64,000 nucleotides of DNA from positions 1,018 to 65,017 of the forward strand of contig JBGQAU010000003.1 in assembly GCA_041494445.1 (NCBI GenBank), read 5' to 3'. The position numbers and the translations under genes were made by a program. Below, one piece after another: positions 41,155-48,926 of the stretch. This DNA comes from Acidobacteriota bacterium. Lineage in GTDB: Bacteria > Acidobacteriota > Polarisedimenticolia > Polarisedimenticolales > JAIQFR01. Position 1 is the first letter of the stretch. Each line of letters begins with the position of its first letter. The notes beneath the pieces are model-generated. The model searched no databases, was not told where the DNA came from, and saw only the letters and a list, made by a program, of their open reading frames with translations.

Positions 41155-42672
41155 GTGACGACGAGCGCCGAGACAACCCCGGCGGTGCCACCGCCGGGAA
41201 CGCCGTTCGACGGCCGCGGCAAGCGGATCGGCATCTTCGTCGTCGCGTACAACGCAGAGAGCCAGATCGAAAAGACCCTCGCGCGCATTCCGGAGGACAT
41301 CTGGCGTGCGATCGAAGTGCTCTGGGTGGTCGACGACTGCAGCCACGATGAGACCGTCGAGAAGGCCCTTTCGTTCGGCCGGTGGCGGGAGAAGATCGTC
41401 GTGCTCCGCAACCGCGTGCGCCAGCAGTACGGCGGCGATCAGAAAATCGGCTGTCAGTATGCCCTCGACCACGGGCTGGACGTGGTGGTCACGCTGCATG
41501 CGGACGGCAAGTATGCACCGGAGCGATTGGCGGACCTCCTCTCTCCTGCGGTGGCCGGGCAGGCCCGCGTGGTCGTGGGCTCCCGCATGTTGAAGAGGGG
41601 CGATGCCGTGCGGGGCGGCATGCCGCGCTACAAGTACCTTGGCAACATGGTCCTCACGAAGATCCAGAACTCGCTCAGCGGGCTTTCGCTGACGGAGTTC
41701 CACTCCGGCTACCGGGCCTACAGTGCGGCCTTCCTGGCGGATGTCCCGTTCTGGGAGAATTCGGACGACTGGCACTTCGACTCCCAAGTCCTCCTTCAGG
41801 CGGCGCAGACCGGCGAGAAGATCGTCGAGGTCCCGATACCGACGTACTACGGCGACGAGATCTCCCGCGTGAATGGGGTGGTCTACGGCTTCCACTGCGT
41901 TGCGACCTCCGTCGGGTACTTCCTGCAACGGAAGGGGATCCTGTACTCGCGGAAGTTCGACGTCGCCCTTCGGGGTCGCCACTACTTCGAGAAGTTCAAC
42001 GACCCCGCCTCCAGTCACTCTCTGATTCTCGAGCGGCTCGGGCGCGAAGGCCTGGCCGGGAAGCGGGTTCTCGAGCTGGGTGTGGGCGACGCATCGCTCA
42101 CGAAGAGAATGGCGGAGATGGGAGCCCTGGTGGACGGGGTGGAAATCGATTCTCGGGCGGCGGGCCTCGCGGGCCCCTTCTGCAAGAACGTCTATGTCGG
42201 CGATTTGGATGCGATCGAGACGATTCTGCCCGACGCCGAATACGACATCGTCGTCGCGGCGGATGTGCTGGAGCACGTCAAGGATCCGGAGTTCGTGCTG
42301 TCGAAGCTCAAGAAGTACCTGAAGCGCGGGGGGCCTCTTGTGGTCTCGCTGCCGAACGTGGCGAATTTCTACGTGCGCTTCAGCCTGCTGATCGGCCGGT
42401 TCCCCTACTACCGAAAGGGGCTCTTGGACCGGACTCACCTGCACTTCTTCACGCTCCGGTCAGCGGAGAGGATGCTGTGGAAGACGGGCTGGTTGGTCGA
42501 GGAGAGGGCGGTTTCAGCCATTCCGCTTCCGGTCGTGTTCCCGTTTGTCGTGAAGCCTCCCTTTCATGTTGCGCTCCGGGCCTTTCATGGGCTGACGCGT
42601 CTCATGAAGGGCCTCCTGGCCTACCAGGGAATCTATTTCTGCCGGAACCCGAACAAGTCCGACTTGCTGTGA
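41155..42672 (+). CDS. Family-2 glycosyltransferase fused to a class I SAM-dependent methyltransferase domain
   Basis: The GT2 part shows IGIFVVAYNAESQI…VVDDCSHDET…HADGKYAPE. The methyltransferase part shows KRVLELGVGDASLT…VVAADVLEHV. GTG start. Confidence 0.8.
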   Translation: MTTSAETTPAVPPPGTPFDGRGKRIGIFVVAYNAESQIEKTLARIPEDIWRAIEVLWVVDDCSHDETVEKALSFGRWREKIVVLRNRVRQQYGGDQKIGCQYALDHGLDVVVTLHADGKYAPERLADLLSPAVAGQARVVVGSRMLKRGDAVRGGMPRYKYLGNMVLTKIQNSLSGLSLTEFHSGYRAYSAAFLADVPFWENSDDWHFDSQVLLQAAQTGEKIVEVPIPTYYGDEISRVNGVVYGFHCVATSVGYFLQRKGILYSRKFDVALRGRHYFEKFNDPASSHSLILERLGREGLAGKRVLELGVGDASLTKRMAEMGALVDGVEIDSRAAGLAGPFCKNVYVGDLDAIETILPDAEYDIVVAADVLEHVKDPEFVLSKLKKYLKRGGPLVVSLPNVANFYVRFSLLIGRFPYYRKGLLDRTHLHFFTLRSAERMLWKTGWLVEERAVSAIPLPVVFPFVVKPPFHVALRAFHGLTRLMKGLLAYQGIYFCRNPNKSDLL

Positions 42673-42787
42673 GGTGCGGCCGCGTCGTTCGGGGTGGGGC
42701 GGCATCGACCTGGGCCGCGCGATAGGGCGGGTGGCACGGGACGGCGAGCGGACCATATTTTCTCATAGCGAAGGAGGTCGACGCATC

Positions 42788-43240
42788 ATGAGGCGGAGCA
42801 CCGGGGGCTTCACCCTGATCGAGTTGCTGATCGTCGTGGCGATCATAGGCATCATCGCGGCCATCGCCATCCCGAACCTGCTGAACGCGATCGATCGCGC
42901 CAAGCAGAAGAGGTCCATGGTGGACATCCGCTCGATCGGCACGGCCGTGGAATCGTACGCCGTCGAGTTCAACTACTACCCCACCGCGGGCGACATCGGA
43001 ACGCTGGCGACCCCGGCGACCAACGTGGTGCCGGCGTACATCAAGCTCGTTCCGATGCAGGGCGCCTGGCAGCACGACTTCTACGTCAGTTCGGCCACCA
43101 ACGGCTTCACGATCGCTTCCGGCGGCAAGGACGGCGGCGGCCTGACGGGTGTCCAGTGGGGCGCGTTCCAGGGTTTCGACAAGCCGATCGTGCTCATCGG
43201 CGGGCAATTCGCGGCCTGGCCCGAGGGCGTCCAGCAGTGA
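42788..43240 (+). CDS. Type IV pilin-like / T2SS pseudopilin-like protein (prepilin-type N-terminal methylation domain)
   Basis: MRRSTGG/FTLIELLIVVAIIGIIAAIAIPN has Glu at +5 and is preceded by the SD AAGGAGG. The listed ORF start at 42674 is an upstream extension. Confidence 0.8.
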   Translation: MRRSTGGFTLIELLIVVAIIGIIAAIAIPNLLNAIDRAKQKRSMVDIRSIGTAVESYAVEFNYYPTAGDIGTLATPATNVVPAYIKLVPMQGAWQHDFYVSSATNGFTIASGGKDGGGLTGVQWGAFQGFDKPIVLIGGQFAAWPEGVQQ

Positions 43241-43292
43241 ACGATCCGGCCGGGCGGGTAGGAGACGGTCTCGCTCCCGGCGCTCGGCGAAA

Positions 43293-43856
43293 CTACGGCC
43301 GTTCCCTCCACGGCCTCGACAGCGCCGACGCGGCTTCCGCCAGCGCGGAGTGCTCCGGCGCCAGCGGGACGATGTCCACGAGCTTCAGCCTGGAGACGTC
43401 CCAGAAACCGAAGGAGCCCCAGCGGGAATCGTAGTGGCTCCACCAGCGGATCCCGGCCCACCGCTTTTCCCGGTAGACCCGGAGAGCCCAGCTCTGGGTC
43501 ACGGCGCGGTCGCGCGCCACGACCGCGGACGGGCGGAGCTCCCGTTCGACGAGACGTCGGGCATCGTCGAGATCCAGGGTCTCGATCCTGGCCACGTCGA
43601 ACGTCGCCAGGGCCCGGACGCTTCCCGGGAGATCGGGCCGGCCCAGGAGGAGCATCGGCGTCCAGACGGCGTGGTTGCCGAACGCCTCGGCAACGGCCCC
43701 CGCAGCGGCGTCGGACACGTAAAGGACCGCGTAGTGCTCGGGGTTGTCCACCCTGCCCGCGCCCTGCCGGCTCGCTCGGTGGAGCGGGTGCCCGGCCGCG
43801 CCCGCCCGGGCGCCGGCCAGCCACGGGAGCACCCTGTAGAGCCTAGGCGTAGGCAC
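43293..43856 (-). CDS. RES-domain toxin (MbcT/ParT-like NAD+-targeting family)
   Basis: 187 aa. It contains GRVDNPEHYAVLYVS (the R…E…S pattern) and overlaps the upstream Xre-like gene by 14 nt. Confidence 0.8.
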   Translation of the reverse strand: MPTPRLYRVLPWLAGARAGAAGHPLHRASRQGAGRVDNPEHYAVLYVSDAAAGAVAEAFGNHAVWTPMLLLGRPDLPGSVRALATFDVARIETLDLDDARRLVERELRPSAVVARDRAVTQSWALRVYREKRWAGIRWWSHYDSRWGSFGFWDVSRLKLVDIVPLAPEHSALAEAASALSRPWRERP

Positions 43857-44256
43857 CCTCGGCCTCGGCGTCTATCGCCTCGACCACCGGCCCGGCCCCG
43901 CGCAGGCTCAACACGTCCACGGGGCGCGAGCCGAGATGTGCGTTGTGCGAGGTGAGCCAGATCTCGGCCTGCTCGCGCGGATAGAGCTGGAGGAGCCGGG
44001 CGATCACGTAGTCCAGGTCCAGAAGGCGCCGCTGGTTCTCGGCGCTGATCCTCTCCTCGCCGGACTTCCAGCGCGACGGCTGCGAAGCGCTGACGTCGAG
44101 AAGGCCCGCCAGCCGGTTGTTCCCCAACTCCCGGATCAGGCCGGCGAGCCGTGCGGCGAGCAGCCATTCCACCGGGCCGGTCTCGGAGACCCGTCGCGCT
44201 CTCCCGGAACCGGTCGGGTGGTAGGTGGTTCGGGATCGATTCCTCCGGGTCGGCAT
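43843..44256 (-). CDS. Xre-family antitoxin with RES-toxin-binding (DUF2384-like) C-terminal domain
   Basis: 137 aa from the ATG at 44256, preceded by GAGAGGAGG. LAGLLDVSASQPSRWKSGEERIS is HTH-like. The C-terminus (WLTSHNAHLGSRPVDVL) is typical of the DUF2384 domain. Confidence 0.75.
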   Translation of the reverse strand: MPTRRNRSRTTYHPTGSGRARRVSETGPVEWLLAARLAGLIRELGNNRLAGLLDVSASQPSRWKSGEERISAENQRRLLDLDYVIARLLQLYPREQAEIWLTSHNAHLGSRPVDVLSLRGAGPVVEAIDAEAEGAYA

Positions 44257-44272
44257 CGGCACCTCCTCTCGG

Positions 44273-44295
44273 TACCCAACATAATACGTTGGGTA
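44273..44295. promoter_or_regulatory. Perfect palindromic operator candidate TACCCAAC-N7-GTTGGGTA
   Basis: The 8-bp arms are at 44273-44280 and 44288-44295. The spacer ATAATAC coincides with the -10 box of the toxin-antitoxin promoter on the minus strand. Confidence 0.6.
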
Positions 44296-44309
44296 TTCTG
44301 TCGAGTCAA
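44281..44309 (-). promoter_or_regulatory. Sigma70-like promoter of the Xre-RES operon
   Basis: On the minus strand: TTGACT (44309-44304), a 17-nt spacer, then TATTAT (44286-44281). Confidence 0.5.
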
Positions 44310-44398
44310 GCGGCGCGCTCGGGGCGCGCGTAACTCCTGGGGCCTCCCGCCGTAAACTGCCCCGGGGAACGTTCATCCCACGGAGGCGACGCTCGGCC

Positions 44399-47300
44399 AT
44401 GAAAACCGCTCACCACTCGATCCCGACGGCCATCCTCGTTCTCGTTCTCGCGGCGACCGCTCCCGCGTTCGCGACCGACCCGGTGCACGACGCGAGGCTC
44501 CTGCGCTTCCCCGACATCCACGGGGACACCGTGGTGTTCTCCCACGGCGGAGACCTGTGGTCCGTGCCGACCGGAGGGGGCGTCGCGACCCGCCTGACCA
44601 CGGGCGACGGTCTCGAGGTGTTCCCGCGATTCTCCCCCGACGGGAAATGGATCGCGTTCACCGGCCAGTACGACGGCTCCTCGGACGTTTACGTGATGCC
44701 GGCGACGGGAGGCGAGCCCCGGAGGCTCACCTGGTACCCGGCGGAGAACGCGTCGGAGCGGATGGGCTACGACAACATGGTGATCGGCTGGACTCCCGAC
44801 GGGAAGATCCTGTTCCGGTCCCTGCGCGGCCCGATCGGCGGGTTCGTCGGTGTGCCGTACGTGGTGAGCCCCGAGGGCGGGCCGGAGGAGCGGTTCCCGC
44901 TCCCGGAGTCGGGGATCATCTCGTTCGCCCCCGACGGGAAGCGGATCGCCTACACCCGGATCTTCCGGGATTTCCGGACGTGGAAGCGGTACGCGGGCGG
45001 GATGGCGCAGGACGTGTGGATCTACGACCTCGAGAAGAAAGCCCTCGATCGGGTCACTGACTGGGAGGGGACCGACACGCAGCCGATGTGGATCGGCGAC
45101 TCGATCTACTTCCTGTCGGACCGCGAGGACTGGAAGCTCAACCTCTGGCGGTACGACCTCGCCTCGAGAAAGACCTCCCGCGTCACGGACTTCAAGGAGT
45201 ACGACGTCAAGTGGCCGCACTCCGGAAGCGGGAAGATCGTGTTCGAGAACGGCGGCTGGCTCTACCTCCTCGATCCCGCCGCCGGCAAGCCGCTCAGGAT
45301 CCCCGTGGACCTGCCCGACGACCGGAAGCTGGCGCGGCCTCACTGGGTGGACGTCTCGAACCGGATCACCGATTTCGCCCTGGCCCCCGGCGGCAAGCGC
45401 GCGGTCTTCGCCGCGCGCGGCGACGTGTTCACGCTCCCGGCCGAGCACGGGAACACACGCAACGTCACCGCGACGGCGGGGGTGCGTGAGAAGAGCGCCG
45501 TCTGGTCCCCCGACGGAAAGTGGATCGCGTACGTATCCGACGCGACCGGCGAGGACGAGATCTACGTGGTCCCGCAGGACGGGAAGGGAAAGCCCGTCCA
45601 GGTGACGACCGGATCGGACTCCCTGCATTACGATCCCGTGTGGTCCCCCGACTCGAAGAAGGTCGCCTGGTCCGACCGCGCCATGCGCCTTTGGTACGTG
45701 GACATCGCGGAGAAGAGGCCGGTCCAGGCGGACAAGGCGGACGTCTTCGAGATCAACGAGTACGCCTGGTCGCCGGACTCGAAGTGGATCGCGTACTCGA
45801 AGGTGCAGAACAACGACCTGCCGGCGGTCTTCCTCTATTCGATCGAGTCGCGGACGATCACCCAGGCCACGAGCGGCTTCTGCCGCAGCTACGGCCCGCA
45901 GTTCGACCCCGACGGGAAGTACCTCTTCGCGCTGTCCGACCGCGACGTGAACCCGGTCGTCGGGAACTTCGAGGCCTCGTTCACGGTGACCTCGCCGACC
46001 CGTCCCTACGCGATCGTGCTCCGATCCCACCTCCCGTCGCCGTTCGCGCCGCGCAGCGACGAGGCAAAGCTCGAGGGCGAGGAGAAGACCGAGAAGCCGG
46101 CCGACAAGGACGGCGCGAAGGCCGGGGCGGCGAAGGACGAGAAGGAGAAGGACAAGGATAAGAAGGAGCCGTTCCGGATCGACCTCGCCGGGATCCAGGA
46201 TCGGATCGTCCCGTTCCCGGTCGCTCCGGGCGAATACCGCGGCCTGCGCGCGGCGAAGGACCGGCTCTTCTACCTGGCGGCGCCGGTCCGCGCCCTCACC
46301 GGTCCGCCTGCCGGGGCGAAGCCCCGCCTCGTCATGTACGACCTCGACAAGCGGAAGGAGCAGACGATCCTCGATCCGGTGGACAACTACGACCTCTCCC
46401 CCGACGGGAGCCGCATCGTTTACCGGAGCGAGAAGACCTACGGGATCGTGGACGCGAAGGAGGGCGCGAAGGTCGGCGACGGCAAGCTCGACCTCTCCGA
46501 CCTCCGCATGGAGCTCGACCCCGAGGCCGAGTGGCGCCAGATCTTCGCGGAAGCGTGGCGCCTCGAGCGCGACTTCTTCTACCTCCCGGACATGGGGAAG
46601 ATCGACTGGCCGCAGATGAAGCGGCGCTACGAGCCGCTCCTCCCCTACGTGAGCCACCGGGCCGACCTGACCTACGTGATCGGCGAAATGATCGGAGAGC
46701 TCGAGAGCGGGCACGCGTACACGGGCGGCGGCGACGCGCCGCGTCCCGAGAAGGTCCCGGTGGGAGCGCTCGGTGCCGACCTCGAGCCGGACCCGAAGGC
46801 CGGCCTCTGGCGGATCGCGCGGATCCTCGATGGGCGGCCCTGGATCGAGAGCCGCCGCTCGCCGCTCGCCGAGCCGGGCATCCGCGTCGCCGCGGGCGAC
46901 TACCTCCTGGCCGTGAACGGAAAGGACCTCGCGGCGTCCGACGATCCGTATCGTCTCCTCGTCGAGACCCCGGGACACACGGTCACGCTCCTCGTCAACT
47001 CCAAGCCGTCCCGTGATGGAGCCCGCGAGGTGACGGTGGGGCCGCTCGGCGACGAGCAGGATCTCCGGTACATCGACTGGGTGGAATCGAACCGCAAGAA
47101 GGTCGAGCAGGCCACCGGAGGAAGGGTCGGGTACGTCCACATCCCGAACATGGGCGCCGAGGGGCTTCAGGAGTTCATCCGGCAGTACTTCCCGCAGATC
47201 CGGAAAGAGGGGCTCGTCGTCGACGCCCGGTACAACGGCGGCGGGTTCGTCTCGCAGATGGTCCTGGAGCGCCTGCGCCGCGTGGTCATGGGGATGGGCG

Positions 47301-47758
47301 GCCCGCGCGGCGGACGGCCGGGCACCTTCCCCGACGCCGCGTTCAACGGCCCGATGGTCTGCCTGCTCAACATGTACTCGGCCTCGGACGGGGACATCTT
47401 CCCGTACTACTTCCGCGAGTACGGCCTCGGACCGCTGATCGGCACCCGCTCTTGGGGAGGCGTGATCGGCATCCGCGGACTCGGCCCGAACCTCGTGGAC
47501 GGGGGGTACGTCACCATGCCCGAGTTCAGCTCGTACAACCTGAAGAGCCAGTGGATCATGGAGAACCACGGCGTCGATCCGGACATCGTTGTGGACAACC
47601 TCCCGCAGGACGAGATGGCCGGAAAGGACGCGCAGCTCGAGCGCGCCATCCAGGAAGTGATGAAGCGCGTCGAGGAGAGGAAGCCCACGTGGCCGCCTCC
47701 ACCGCCCTCGCGCGACCTCCGCGACCCGGACGCGACGGAGGGGGTGGAGAGGAGATAG
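44399..47758 (+). CDS. Tricorn protease homologue (S41-family, beta-propellers + PDZ + peptidase)
   Basis: Signal peptide, then LLRFPDIHGDTVVFSHGGDLWSVP…RFSPDGKWIAFTGQYDGSSDVYVMP. A PDZ-like segment follows. The C-terminal S41 core shows GLVVDARYNGGG…NMYSASDGDIFP. Confidence 0.9.
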   Translation: MKTAHHSIPTAILVLVLAATAPAFATDPVHDARLLRFPDIHGDTVVFSHGGDLWSVPTGGGVATRLTTGDGLEVFPRFSPDGKWIAFTGQYDGSSDVYVMPATGGEPRRLTWYPAENASERMGYDNMVIGWTPDGKILFRSLRGPIGGFVGVPYVVSPEGGPEERFPLPESGIISFAPDGKRIAYTRIFRDFRTWKRYAGGMAQDVWIYDLEKKALDRVTDWEGTDTQPMWIGDSIYFLSDREDWKLNLWRYDLASRKTSRVTDFKEYDVKWPHSGSGKIVFENGGWLYLLDPAAGKPLRIPVDLPDDRKLARPHWVDVSNRITDFALAPGGKRAVFAARGDVFTLPAEHGNTRNVTATAGVREKSAVWSPDGKWIAYVSDATGEDEIYVVPQDGKGKPVQVTTGSDSLHYDPVWSPDSKKVAWSDRAMRLWYVDIAEKRPVQADKADVFEINEYAWSPDSKWIAYSKVQNNDLPAVFLYSIESRTITQATSGFCRSYGPQFDPDGKYLFALSDRDVNPVVGNFEASFTVTSPTRPYAIVLRSHLPSPFAPRSDEAKLEGEEKTEKPADKDGAKAGAAKDEKEKDKDKKEPFRIDLAGIQDRIVPFPVAPGEYRGLRAAKDRLFYLAAPVRALTGPPAGAKPRLVMYDLDKRKEQTILDPVDNYDLSPDGSRIVYRSEKTYGIVDAKEGAKVGDGKLDLSDLRMELDPEAEWRQIFAEAWRLERDFFYLPDMGKIDWPQMKRRYEPLLPYVSHRADLTYVIGEMIGELESGHAYTGGGDAPRPEKVPVGALGADLEPDPKAGLWRIARILDGRPWIESRRSPLAEPGIRVAAGDYLLAVNGKDLAASDDPYRLLVETPGHTVTLLVNSKPSRDGAREVTVGPLGDEQDLRYIDWVESNRKKVEQATGGRVGYVHIPNMGAEGLQEFIRQYFPQIRKEGLVVDARYNGGGFVSQMVLERLRRVVMGMGGPRGGRPGTFPDAAFNGPMVCLLNMYSASDGDIFPYYFREYGLGPLIGTRSWGGVIGIRGLGPNLVDGGYVTMPEFSSYNLKSQWIMENHGVDPDIVVDNLPQDEMAGKDAQLERAIQEVMKRVEERKPTWPPPPPSRDLRDPDATEGVERR

Positions 47759-47816
47759 CGTCCGATTGACGGTTGACCTCCTCGCGCCTCATGTGTTACG
47801 AAGCACCCAGGCATTG

Positions 47817-47842
47817 CCGGGGAACGGCTGGTTGTTCCCCGG
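47817..47842 (+). terminator. Hairpin downstream of the tricorn gene (possible terminator, no U-tract)
   Basis: CCGGGGAAC, an 8-nt loop, then GTTCCCCGG (9-bp stem). Confidence 0.3.
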
Positions 47843-47898
47843 ACGCGGAGGCCATCGTGATCGTCGCAAGCCTCGACCGCCGAAAAGGGGGTAGAGCA

Positions 47899-48195
47899 AT
47901 GCATCGTCGCGCCGCAGTCGTCTTCGTTCTGGCCGCCCTGGTTCTGCTGATGCCCTCGTGCAGGAAGCTCTCGGCACTCGCGCCCACCACGGGGGAAAGC
48001 CTCGTCGCCTTGCCCCTGGCGAGCACCAACTCGATCCCCCCGGAGTGGGGGACCCTGGTCTCGGTGACGAGCGCAAGCGCGTATCCGCCACTGGTCCAGC
48101 TCTGGCTGCAGGACCGTGACGGAACGCTCCGGATGCTGGTCCTCGATCTCTCCACCGCCCGCTTCGTCAACGCAAAGCTGATCCCGCGGCGCTAG
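47899..48195 (+). CDS. Small lipoprotein, function unknown
   Basis: MHRRAAVVFVLAALVLLMPSC has a lipobox-like LMPSC, preceded by an AAAGGGGG SD. Confidence 0.55.
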   Translation: MHRRAAVVFVLAALVLLMPSCRKLSALAPTTGESLVALPLASTNSIPPEWGTLVSVTSASAYPPLVQLWLQDRDGTLRMLVLDLSTARFVNAKLIPRR

Positions 48196-48295
48196 CCCGC
48201 CCCTTCGGACCGCGGCGCCCGGCGCGCTTTTCGGGTCCCATCGGGAGGACGTTCATTCCGCAGCGCTCAATACGAATTGGGAGGAGGGCAAGGAC

Positions 48296-48526
48296 GTGAG
48301 CAAGATCACAAGCCTGATCAACCGCACGCTCTTCGTGCTGTCGTTCGTCCTGGCGGCGATCGCCGTCCTGGAGAAGATCGTCAACCTGGCCGGCTACACG
48401 ATCGTTCGGGAAGCTTACAGCCCGGCTCGCCTCCTGGAGGTCTCGGTCGTCGGCCTGGTGTTCGTCATCACGCTGCTGCTCCGCGAGATCCGGCACGAGC
48501 TGGAGGGCAAGAGCGGCACTCCGTAG
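48296..48526 (+). CDS. Small two-TM membrane protein, function unknown
   Basis: 76 aa with a GTG start after GGGAGGAGGG. Two hydrophobic helices (LFVLSFVLAAIAVL and VVGLVFVITLLL). Confidence 0.45.
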   Translation: MSKITSLINRTLFVLSFVLAAIAVLEKIVNLAGYTIVREAYSPARLLEVSVVGLVFVITLLLREIRHELEGKSGTP

Positions 48527-48926
48527 CCCGCGCCCATCGCGGAATTCCGGTGCGCCGCCTCCAGTGCATCCAAAGATCGCGCCGCGGTTCGTGGAGACAC
48601 GCCCGCCGGCGTTGATTCAATATTTCGGATTCACTCCGGCACCTTGGATGCGGTTCATGTCGCCCGAGTCGCCGCCAAATTGGCACGCATGCCACAAGTC
48701 ATTGCAATGGAGCAGCTTAGCGATGGAGAGTACGCCGAGTGACGAATGGCGTCATCCTTGCTCGTTTCCGCGCTCTGTGTGCGGAGGATACTCTTGCCAG
48801 CACGCAACACGGCGTCTCCGAAGTGTTTCCCGGACGTTCGAGGGGGCGTTGCGTCTCCGGTAACCCGTTTCGCATGGACAAGACGCGCATGGTAGTGCAG
48901 CGATCAAGAAAAAGGGAGGAGGAGGA

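Noticed and set aside
43081-44167. 247-aa, 268-aa and 222-aa ORFs overlapping the RES/Xre genes.
   Set aside because: They are Arg/Pro/Gly-rich shadow frames. The RES and Xre frames carry family motifs, an SD and operon-like overlap.
44306-47569. 1087-aa minus-strand ORF antisense to the tricorn protease gene.
   Set aside because: It has shadow-ORF composition, and the tricorn frame is unambiguous.
48681-48706. Sigma54-type promoter suggested by TGGCAC at 48681.
   Set aside because: The required TTGC at the -12 position (5-nt spacer) is absent; the sequence reads TGGCAC-GCATG-CCAC. It is better described as a short TGGCA/TGCCA palindrome.
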